Shown one piece after another: positions 1 through 7,823 of a stretch of 64,000 bases of DNA. Within the stretch, counting starts at the first letter, position 1. Every line of letters begins with the position of its first letter. Below the pieces are notes generated by a model. The model had not been told where the DNA came from, searched no databases, and saw only the letters and a program-made list of their open reading frames with translations. Source of the stretch: a virus; IMG/VR virus record IMGVR_UViG_3300020448_000002, positions 1 to 64,000 of that record; one strand, 5' to 3'. The translations under genes and the position numbers were made by a program.

Positions 1-111
1 AAAACAGCATCAGTTCTCTTTGATAACTATTCTCCTTGGGAGAAACTTGTTACGTTCAGAATATCGGAGTTAAAAGAAGGTGGCAAAATCCCAAAATCAA
101 AAAACTACTAA
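1..111 (+). CDS. 3' end of an NdhS (DUF3252)-like protein, partial
   Basis: Frame 1 reads KTASVLFDNYSPWEKLVTFRISELKEGG..., resembling the NdhS C-terminal pattern A.VLF....W.KL.TF.L.EL. Truncated by the window edge. Confidence 0.5.
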   Translation, partial: KTASVLFDNYSPWEKLVTFRISELKEGGKIPKSKNY

Positions 112-208
112 ACGTGAGTATGCAAAGAACCGAGAGGAATACTTTAAAGAATTCCATCGAGTCATTGCACCAGTCGTTGTCTTAAATAAATATGACAGTA
201 GTTCATAA
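80..208 (+). CDS. small hypothetical protein (42 aa)
   Basis: GTG-started ORF MAKSQNQKTTKREYAKNREEYFKEFHRVIAPVVVLNKYDSSS overlapping the previous gene; translated by hand. Confidence 0.45.
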   Translation: MAKSQNQKTTKREYAKNREEYFKEFHRVIAPVVVLNKYDSSS

Positions 209-220
209 CAGGAAAATACA

Positions 221-412
221 ATGGATTTTTTATCAGATGCACTGAAGGTTGAATTGAAACAACTTATTAATGAAGTGTTAGATGAGAGAGAACATCAGAA
301 AAAACTAGAAGGTCCTTATGACTTTCCAGAGTGGGATGAAGATGACAAGAGAATGGATGTGATAGGTCAGAATGGTAACCTAGGATTACATTATGATGAA
401 ATTGAAATTTGA
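221..412 (+). CDS. hypothetical phage protein
   Basis: ORF track; AGGA upstream and TAAATA at 183-188. Confidence 0.65.
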   Translation: MDFLSDALKVELKQLINEVLDEREHQKKLEGPYDFPEWDEDDKRMDVIGQNGNLGLHYDEIEI

Positions 413-473
413 CTTTTAATTACCAGAATATCGCAAAAAAAATTCGCCAAAATTTTTCGCGTGTAAGGTTTTT
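412..473. repeat. 62-bp intergenic A-tract element, copy 1
   Basis: 54/62 identical by hand alignment to 13024-13085. Confidence 0.85.
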
Positions 474-1459
474 TAGTAACCCCCGTAACTACCAGAAGAA
501 CCAGAAGAAGAACTAGAACTACTACTGCTACTGCTACTGCTTGAAGAAGAACTAGAACTACTTGAGCTTGATGAAGAACTACTTGTGTTTGAACTAGAAG
601 AAGTTGAGGATTCTCCTGCTGTAGCTGTTGCAGTTCCTGCTATAGTAGTATTAGATGTATTAGTTGTGGTAGTTGTTGTATTAGCAACCTCAGTAACAGT
701 AGGTGTAGTTCCTGATCCTACCTGTACGGTTGTGCTTCCAGGTCCATTATCATATGATGTTACATTTCCTACACTTGCATCTCTACTTACACTACCAGTA
801 ACATAACCTGCATTATCAAGGAAACGAGAAGACATATTTAGACTACTCTTTTTATTACCAAATCGATCTAGTTCTGAGTGAGGTTCGTATGCAATTACAT
901 CTTCAAACTCTGCTAGTATTAGTTCTATTACAGGTGGTGTAGGTAATTTTATAAGTCTCTTCTTCTCATTCAAATAGTCTTCATACTCATAGTTTGTTAC
1001 TGGATATATTGATTGTTGTTCACCTAGAGTAGAACCATCAGGTAATACAGTTCTCCAAGTATCATTTACAGTTATCCCTGCTTCTAAAAATACCTCTCCA
1101 TTATATTCTGCCTTGACTGTTTCGTAATGATGAACAGCATCAGGGTTAGAATATTTTTGTCTAGTATATTCTTGTAGATCATTAATCTTTTTTGGCCACT
1201 CTTCATATACATCAGTAATATTGTTGACCATCAATACCATCCAGTCTAAGAATGGATCATTGAAAAATGCTAGTGCAATATTAGCAGGTGTTTCATCTTC
1301 TCCTACTTCATATGCTTCTAGTAAAGTTACATATTGATCTAAGTCTGCTCTAGTTTTTGCTCTTCTGAATATATTTTTTACAAGACGATACTTAAAGTCC
1401 TCATCATCTTGGATGCCTTCGCCAACATATACATTAGGTAGATAAGAAAAGAATGCCAT
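473..1459 (-). CDS. gp53: baseplate wedge protein gp53 with Ser/Thr-rich tail
   Basis: FSYLPN..Y..., KNIFRR, LysM-like YEV..DETP..IA, W....N.I.D.Y.EWP, HHYET, NE.KR.I; adjacent to gp48. Confidence 0.85.
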   Translation of the reverse strand: MAFFSYLPNVYVGEGIQDDEDFKYRLVKNIFRRAKTRADLDQYVTLLEAYEVGEDETPANIALAFFNDPFLDWMVLMVNNITDVYEEWPKKINDLQEYTRQKYSNPDAVHHYETVKAEYNGEVFLEAGITVNDTWRTVLPDGSTLGEQQSIYPVTNYEYEDYLNEKKRLIKLPTPPVIELILAEFEDVIAYEPHSELDRFGNKKSSLNMSSRFLDNAGYVTGSVSRDASVGNVTSYDNGPGSTTVQVGSGTTPTVTEVANTTTTTTNTSNTTIAGTATATAGESSTSSSSNTSSSSSSSSSSSSSSSSSSSSSSSSSSSGSSGSYGGY

Positions 1460-2514
1460 TAGTAACCTGCTGCAACGTCCTGTTGTGTAAGTAGTCTAGT
1501 CTCTGTAAATGTTATAGTCATAACTATCGCAGGAGTATCAACTGTTTTTTCATCTGGATTTTTAAGTGAAACGTATTGGTTGTCTGGTGTATAGTTAACA
1601 TTAATACCTGTGCAGACTGAAGGATAGATTTTAAACATCAAATCTCTTCTTGTTGATGGTTCAAGACTTGCAAGTGAACTTGTATTAGTACCGAAGCGAA
1701 CGAATCTTAACTGGTATCTATCAGGAACCTCGAAGAATCTATTTTGATATGCATATCCTTGACTACCACTGAACGCAGGAGTTTTAAACCAGTCCTGATC
1801 AAAAGTCATCTTATCTCTTTCGTTAGTCTTACCATATGCTTCAAACTTTTTATTCTTATTAATAAATTGTTTGTTGTAATCACCCGCAGCAATCTTTGGA
1901 ACTGATCCTACTTTAATATAATCTATGATACTTTTAACTTCTTGTGCCTCTCTTTTATTCCTTGATAAGAATTTGAATGCAAAGTTATGAGTTCTAAAAC
2001 TCATGCCTTGGAATATCTGTTCACTATATGGGTTGAATATCTTACCACTCTGTAATGATTGTATAGTATTAATATCTAACTGACCTTGAAGACCAACAAA
2101 CTGGTTGAATCCATTGATCATTGAGAGTATAGCACCAGTAGAGAACTCAGGTAGTGCAGCAGCTGCAGCATCTTGTAATGTTCCTGCCATTGCAGTAAAG
2201 TCTTTACCATCACCTAGTAGTCCCATTGCTGCAACACCAGACACACCAACGTCTGCTCTTCTATATGCAGGAGCATACTGTGTTGTAATTTGTGGAGGTA
2301 TAGCAATGTAACACCTGTCTGGGTGTGCAATTATTGTTTGTTGATTACCTGGTGTGCGTCTATCGTAGAACGCAGGGACTTGTTTATCATCATACTTAAA
2401 TCTTTCACGTCTAATCATTAAGTAATCGGTTGCATCAGTAGGCATATCGGCTGCCTTACCACCGTGTTGAGACCTAGTAGCTGGTAATCTGTATGGATAT
2501 CTATAAACGCTCAA
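1459..2514 (-). CDS. gp48: baseplate tail tube cap gp48
   Basis: YRYPY start, NPYSEQIFQGMSFRTHNFAFKF, C.GINVNYTPD, FTETRLLT. TTG start. Confidence 0.85.
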   Translation of the reverse strand: MSVYRYPYRLPATRSQHGGKAADMPTDATDYLMIRRERFKYDDKQVPAFYDRRTPGNQQTIIAHPDRCYIAIPPQITTQYAPAYRRADVGVSGVAAMGLLGDGKDFTAMAGTLQDAAAAALPEFSTGAILSMINGFNQFVGLQGQLDINTIQSLQSGKIFNPYSEQIFQGMSFRTHNFAFKFLSRNKREAQEVKSIIDYIKVGSVPKIAAGDYNKQFINKNKKFEAYGKTNERDKMTFDQDWFKTPAFSGSQGYAYQNRFFEVPDRYQLRFVRFGTNTSSLASLEPSTRRDLMFKIYPSVCTGINVNYTPDNQYVSLKNPDEKTVDTPAIVMTITFTETRLLTQQDVAAGY

Positions 2515-2523
2515 TTTTTTACC

Positions 2524-2553
2524 TAAATAGTCTGTGAACTCATGTATTATTTA
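2524..2553. promoter_or_regulatory. pair of opposed T4-type late promoters
   Basis: TAAATA on + at 2524-2529 (towards gp4) and on - at 2548-2553 (towards gp48). Confidence 0.6.
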
Positions 2554-2972
2554 TGAGGTATCAAGGAAAATACCGTCCTACCTTTCCCAAAAAGTACAAA
2601 GGTGATTATCACAACATTATTTATAGGTCTTCATGGGAATATAAGTTTATGGTATGGTGTGATAGATCATCTTCTGTCACAGAATGGGGTAGCGAAGAGA
2701 TTATTATCCCATATATAAACCCTGCTGATGGTCGTCGTCACAGATACTTTCCAGATTTCTATGTAAAAATAGGACGGAAAAAATATATGGTTGAGGTAAA
2801 ACCTTTGCATCAAACAAAGGAACCTAAGAAACAAAAGAAAAATACAAAGAGATATATCACAGAGGTTGTCACTTATGCTATTAATCAAGCAAAATGGAAG
2901 GCAGCTAGAGAGTATTGTAAAGATCGTGGATGGCAATTCATGTTAATAACAGAAAAGGAGCTTAAAGTATAA
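2553..2972 (+). CDS. gp4: head completion nuclease gp4
   Basis: P.KYKGD..NIIYRSSWE, WGSEE..IPY, HRYFPDF, EVKP, N.AKW.AA..YC. Confidence 0.92.
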   Translation: MRYQGKYRPTFPKKYKGDYHNIIYRSSWEYKFMVWCDRSSSVTEWGSEEIIIPYINPADGRRHRYFPDFYVKIGRKKYMVEVKPLHQTKEPKKQKKNTKRYITEVVTYAINQAKWKAAREYCKDRGWQFMLITEKELKV

Positions 2973-3865
2973 TGTTAGGTAATATAGTTGGCAACATATT
3001 CCAAGCGATAGGACCTGCATTCGATCAGACTCTACAAGAGTATGCTAGTATATTCAATGGTCTTTCATCGTATGTTCCTAACCAACAAGACGCTAGAGAT
3101 AGTTCTTTCCAAGAGTTTATTGCATTCTCTAGGAAGATGTCGAACAATCCTAGTTACACCAACATGTACTCGGTGCATTTCCTTACACCGTCAATGTTTG
3201 GTAGTAAACCAGGTTTCTCTTTAAGTAGTAATGATGAACAATTCTTATTGGATTACTATTGTGATAGTGTAAACCTACCTAGTAAACAGATGGCTACTGG
3301 TCAACTGGTAACACAAGGTTCACCTCATAGATATGTGACTGGAACTAATTTCAGTCAAGTTAGTATGACATTTAAAATGCCAGCTAACTCTAAGACAAGA
3401 ACAATATTTGAACGATGGTTATCCTTTGCAAGAAATGATGCAGATCAATATGTAGATTACTATGATAATTACTGTGCACCTACAGTAAGGATCTTCAAGT
3501 GGGAGAGAGGAGGAGGACAAAACTTTAGTATATGGGGTAACGATGCTTGGAGTGCGAACGTTAATAAACTAAGTTACAATCAAGGATGGCTTGGCACTCC
3601 ACAAAGAAACCGTATTACTGCCATGTGGGAGTTGAGACAAGTTTTTCCATTCAACATAGGTTCAACTCAGTTGAATAACATGGAGTCAAGAATTAATACA
3701 CTGACTGTAGGATTTTATTTTGAACGGTATAGATACTATGTTCCACAATATACTGATTGGGGTGACGCGAATGCACAAATTCCTGGTGACCCTCAACATA
3801 ACCCTGCAAAAGCTGACGCAAGAAACGTAGTTGGCAGAGGAAACTGGATCACATATAACTTTTAG
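2972..3865 (+). CDS. tail tube initiator gp54 / gp19-like protein
   Basis: CDSVNLP, FERW, VFPFNIGSTQL, LTVGFYF tube-fold pattern; position in the baseplate module. Confidence 0.7.
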   Translation: MLGNIVGNIFQAIGPAFDQTLQEYASIFNGLSSYVPNQQDARDSSFQEFIAFSRKMSNNPSYTNMYSVHFLTPSMFGSKPGFSLSSNDEQFLLDYYCDSVNLPSKQMATGQLVTQGSPHRYVTGTNFSQVSMTFKMPANSKTRTIFERWLSFARNDADQYVDYYDNYCAPTVRIFKWERGGGQNFSIWGNDAWSANVNKLSYNQGWLGTPQRNRITAMWELRQVFPFNIGSTQLNNMESRINTLTVGFYFERYRYYVPQYTDWGDANAQIPGDPQHNPAKADARNVVGRGNWITYNF

Positions 3866-3902
3866 GAACCCTCCTAAATAATTGTACTGAATTGAAATTA
3901 TT

Positions 3903-4613
3903 ATGGCATTACCGACCTTAGTAACACCAAAATTTAAAATGAAACTACCGTCTGACGGTAGAGTGGTAAACTTTAGACCATTCCTTGTTAAAGAAGAGAA
4001 GGTTCTATTGATTGCTACTGAGACTGGAAACCAAGATAGTATTGTAAATGCTATTAAAGATATTATTGGTGCATGCACTGATATTAAAGATGTAGAAGCA
4101 CTACCAACATTTGATATTGAATTTGTATTCTTACAAATTAGAACCAAGTCTGTTGGTGAGAGTGTAGAAGTGGGTGTAACTTGCCCTGACGATGAGGAAA
4201 CACAAGTCGAAGTTAAGATACCTTTAGACACTATTAAAGTGGTTAAAACTAAGGGTCATAACAAAGAAATTAAAATGTCTGATGAGATTTTAATTACTAT
4301 GTCTTATCCAAGTCTTGATACTTTTGTTAAGGCTAACTTCACAGAGAATCAACAAGACGTTGATCAAGTCTTTGACATGGCAGCAAGTTGCGTTGCAACA
4401 ATCACAACTCCAGAAGAGGTACATGATTGTAAAAACTTACCAAAGAAAGAAGTCCTAGAATTCTTAGATCAAATGAGTTCTGCTCAGTTTAAGAAAATTC
4501 AAGACTTTTTTGAGACCATGCCTAAGTTATCTCATAAATTAAAAGTTACAAACCCTAAAACAAAAGTAGTAAGTGACGTGACACTAGAAGGACTAGCATC
4601 TTTTTTCGGATAG
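3903..4613 (+). CDS. gp26: baseplate hub / tail assembly protein gp26
   Basis: MALP, FRPFLVKEEKVLL, FDIEFVFLQIR.KSVGE, FFETMPKL, LEGLASFF. Late promoter TAAATA at 3875-3880. Confidence 0.9.
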   Translation: MALPTLVTPKFKMKLPSDGRVVNFRPFLVKEEKVLLIATETGNQDSIVNAIKDIIGACTDIKDVEALPTFDIEFVFLQIRTKSVGESVEVGVTCPDDEETQVEVKIPLDTIKVVKTKGHNKEIKMSDEILITMSYPSLDTFVKANFTENQQDVDQVFDMAASCVATITTPEEVHDCKNLPKKEVLEFLDQMSSAQFKKIQDFFETMPKLSHKLKVTNPKTKVVSDVTLEGLASFFG

Positions 4614-4810
4614 CCCTTCTCCATAATAACCTTCGGGCTTATTATGATACCAATTTTGCTCTGATACATCATCATAAATGGCATATAGAACACATTGAAA
4701 ACCTTATGCCTTGGGAGAAGGAAATCTATGTGACTATGTTAATCGACTTCCTTAAGGAAGAAGAGAAAAGAATGAAGGATCAACAAGCAGCTCAACAAGC
4801 AAGTGGCTAA
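4607..4810 (+). CDS. gp51: gp51-like reading frame without its own canonical start; probable -1 frameshift extension of gp26
   Basis: The -1 frame reads RIALLHNNLRAYYDTNFALIHHHKWHIEHIENLMPWEKEIYVTMLIDFLKEEEKR... Its first ATG (4706) lies inside the conserved part. Not in the ORF track. Confidence 0.75.
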   Translation, partial: RIALLHNNLRAYYDTNFALIHHHKWHIEHIENLMPWEKEIYVTMLIDFLKEEEKRMKDQQAAQQASG

Positions 4811-7800
4811 CCCAAAAATAAATCCTTACAAATTAGTTAACCCTAGCGGATCAGGAAAGAATACTTTAGCATCTAACGGTCCTAGAACCAACCTGCTTGC
4901 AATTAATCGCATTGGTAAGACTGTTAATAGTATAGGGCTAGTAGTAAAGGATCTTCATACTATATCATTATCATCTATTAAAGTTGATAAGATGAGGGAG
5001 GTCGCTGAACGTCGTAGACTACAGCGTGAAAGAGATCAAAGAAATGAAGACGAGTTTGAAAGACAGAATGCTTTAAAGGGTAAAGGTCTTAAGAAAATTA
5101 AGAACGTAAAGAAACCTAAGAAGAGTCTTGTACAAAGGTTAGTAGATTCTTTGTTCGGAGGATTGCAAGGACTCTTATTGGGTGCTATGCAATTTCTTTC
5201 TAGTCTAGGAACTTTTTTAGTAACGAAAGGGATATTAGAATACATTGGTAATAGAGAGAATATACATAAGACTGCTGTATTCATACAGAAATTAAGTTTT
5301 GTTGTTAAGAAGTTATATGGTTTTGCGAAGGGTAGTGTTAATAAAATAATGGATGGGTTCTCTTCCTTAGTTGGTAAGGATAGCACATTCTTTGGTAGGT
5401 TAAAAGGTTTAGGGACATTATTATTAGGGATAGTAGGACTAGGAGCATTGTTAAATCCATTTGGATTGATGGATTCTATCCTCAGAATGTTGAATCTGGA
5501 TTTTTATAATCCAAATAGAAATGCTCGTAGCAAAGGTCCTAATTCAACTGGAACAAACACGGGAAGATCAGGTCCTACTCCTAAGTGGAAGAAGGTAACT
5601 AATGCTAGTAATTCTGTCGCTAGAAACTTTGGTAAGAATGGAACTAGAGTATATCAAGATGCACTTAAGCAAGGATTATCTGAGTCGGAAGCACTTAAGA
5701 GAGTAAAAAGAGTAGCAAGAAACAATCCATCAGCATTTAGGAAACCCCCTACGACATCAGGTTTAAGTCCTACATCAGCACCTGCAGGAAAGGTATTATC
5801 AAAAGGTTTGAGTAGATCCTTTGGTCGTGGTGCTTTAAAGTTTCTTGGAAAGAATAATGTAAAACTTCTTAGCAAAGCATTTAAAAATACCTTTGGTAGG
5901 ATACCTGTCTTTGGTGCAATATTAACAGGGGTATTCTCAGTATTAAATGGAGATCCTTGGAAAGCAACTCTATTTAAAACAGCAGGTGCTGCTATTGGTG
6001 GTGCACTTGGAACTTTGATCCCTATACCAGGTATAGGATCACTTATTGGTATGATGGGTGGTGAGTATGTTGGTGAGTTATTATATCTTGGATTCAATCC
6101 TGATGTACCAGGTGGAGGATGGAAAGGAGCAGGTAAGAAGTTAAGAGATGATCTTACAGGTCTCTTCAATAACTTTACTAAGATGATGAGTTGGATAAAG
6201 AATGGATGGACAAAATTCTATGCAGGAATACCTAAAGTAAAGATACCAGATTTCCCTAAAGATCCCCCTGATTGGATACCAAAATGGATCCTAGGAAGAA
6301 ATAAAATTTGGGGTGGTGCTAAACTAGCCATAAAGGCAATGATGGGACCTATGTCCATGATGTTAGGTAAGTCTATACCTAATGTCTTTTGGATGTTGAA
6401 CCTAACGGGTAATACATTCCCATTATTCCATAAAGCATTCTTCAAAGGTCAATCATCTAGTGCAAGTGAAACATCTGGTGAAGCAATGAAGGGTGTAGCA
6501 GGTGATGGAGAAGGAGAGACTACTTCATCATCTACAGTAGCAGGAACAGCAACTAACACTCCTCAAGGTAAACCCATACGTAATAAACGTGGAAGAATTA
6601 TAGGATATGATACTGGAGAACCAAAACCAGAACCAGTATTAGTTTCTCCACCTAAGAAGAACGAACGTGGATCAGGTGCAAAGAATAATTTCTGGGATTG
6701 GCAAAGTAATAACTTATCATATGATTATAAACCTTTTGTACCTCAAAAAGAATATAAAGGTGTAGAGACTGACAACGAAAGATATGGTGACACAATGCCA
6801 GAGGGTGCCTTTGGTATTGGATCTAAGAAGACAGATAAAGCAAAGAAGACTAAGAGTTGGTGGAACCCATTCAGTTGGGCAACAGGTGGTAAGTTAATAA
6901 GACAACTACCACGACTAACAACTAAACAGTATTTTATAGGTAAGATATTTAGAGGCATCACAAAGGCTGTTAGTGGTGTGGTTAGTGGAATAGGTAAAGC
7001 AGTCGGTAGTGTTATGAGTTCACCTATCGGTAGTCTTTTAGGAACTGTTGTTCCATTTGTATTCCCTGCTGCTGCACCATTTATAGGTGCTGTTAGAGCT
7101 ATAGGTGCTGCTGCATCTGGTGATATATTTGGTGCAATTACTGGTGGTATTGGTGCTTTAGGTGGTATGTTCCCTGGTACATTCGGTGGTATAGCAGATA
7201 AGTTTGGTAGTTTCATGAGCAATAATCCACTAGGACAAGCACTTGGTGGGTTTATGCAGGGAGGTATTGGTGGAGCATTAGGTGGATTGATGGGTGGTCT
7301 TGGCTCAATATTACCAGAAGGTGTATCAGGAATGCTTAATAAGTTCGGTGGGTTCATGAAAAAGTTCCCAGCCGTAGGTGGGCTGATTGGTATGATACCT
7401 GGCGTTGCTAACGTACCAGGTTTGTCTCAGTTATTTGGTTTAGATTCCTTTGGTGCACATGGTTTTTCACCAATGGGATTGATAGGTAACATCGCAGACA
7501 GTATGGGATTTGGTGGACTGTTTAGAACTTTAACAGGCATGATGGGGACTGGTGGTCCAGGTGGTCTCATGAATGGTTTAAGAGAGATGGCAGCTGAATT
7601 GGGTGTCAAACCAGAAGTTCTAGGTGTTATGTCTGGACAAAGAGGATCGATGACTAGTAGAGGAAAGAATTTATCTAGAGAATATGCTATGCAATCATCT
7701 CTAGAGTTTATTCCTGTTCCTATGTTATTAGAGAAGTTAACAGAGATCCAAACTCCAGTTCCAATACCAAGAATGGTTCCTGTTCCTATGCCACAACCAG

Positions 7801-7811
7801 CTCAAGCATAA
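4803..7811 (+). CDS. tape-measure-like protein, paralogue 1 (1002 aa)
   Basis: Long Gly/Ala/Phe-rich amphipathic repeats and a WATGG motif; lies between gp26/gp51 and the gp27-like hub. Confidence 0.65.
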   Translation: MANPKINPYKLVNPSGSGKNTLASNGPRTNLLAINRIGKTVNSIGLVVKDLHTISLSSIKVDKMREVAERRRLQRERDQRNEDEFERQNALKGKGLKKIKNVKKPKKSLVQRLVDSLFGGLQGLLLGAMQFLSSLGTFLVTKGILEYIGNRENIHKTAVFIQKLSFVVKKLYGFAKGSVNKIMDGFSSLVGKDSTFFGRLKGLGTLLLGIVGLGALLNPFGLMDSILRMLNLDFYNPNRNARSKGPNSTGTNTGRSGPTPKWKKVTNASNSVARNFGKNGTRVYQDALKQGLSESEALKRVKRVARNNPSAFRKPPTTSGLSPTSAPAGKVLSKGLSRSFGRGALKFLGKNNVKLLSKAFKNTFGRIPVFGAILTGVFSVLNGDPWKATLFKTAGAAIGGALGTLIPIPGIGSLIGMMGGEYVGELLYLGFNPDVPGGGWKGAGKKLRDDLTGLFNNFTKMMSWIKNGWTKFYAGIPKVKIPDFPKDPPDWIPKWILGRNKIWGGAKLAIKAMMGPMSMMLGKSIPNVFWMLNLTGNTFPLFHKAFFKGQSSSASETSGEAMKGVAGDGEGETTSSSTVAGTATNTPQGKPIRNKRGRIIGYDTGEPKPEPVLVSPPKKNERGSGAKNNFWDWQSNNLSYDYKPFVPQKEYKGVETDNERYGDTMPEGAFGIGSKKTDKAKKTKSWWNPFSWATGGKLIRQLPRLTTKQYFIGKIFRGITKAVSGVVSGIGKAVGSVMSSPIGSLLGTVVPFVFPAAAPFIGAVRAIGAAASGDIFGAITGGIGALGGMFPGTFGGIADKFGSFMSNNPLGQALGGFMQGGIGGALGGLMGGLGSILPEGVSGMLNKFGGFMKKFPAVGGLIGMIPGVANVPGLSQLFGLDSFGAHGFSPMGLIGNIADSMGFGGLFRTLTGMMGTGGPGGLMNGLREMAAELGVKPEVLGVMSGQRGSMTSRGKNLSREYAMQSSLEFIPVPMLLEKLTEIQTPVPIPRMVPVPMPQPAQA

Positions 7812-7823
7812 TAAATAATCCGT

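Noticed and set aside
4607-4810. gp51 as a pseudogene or sequencing error
   Set aside because: gp26 has a normal-looking C-terminus and stop, and the gp51 frame is intact and in -1 phase at a slippery site. A sequencing error cannot be fully excluded without reads.
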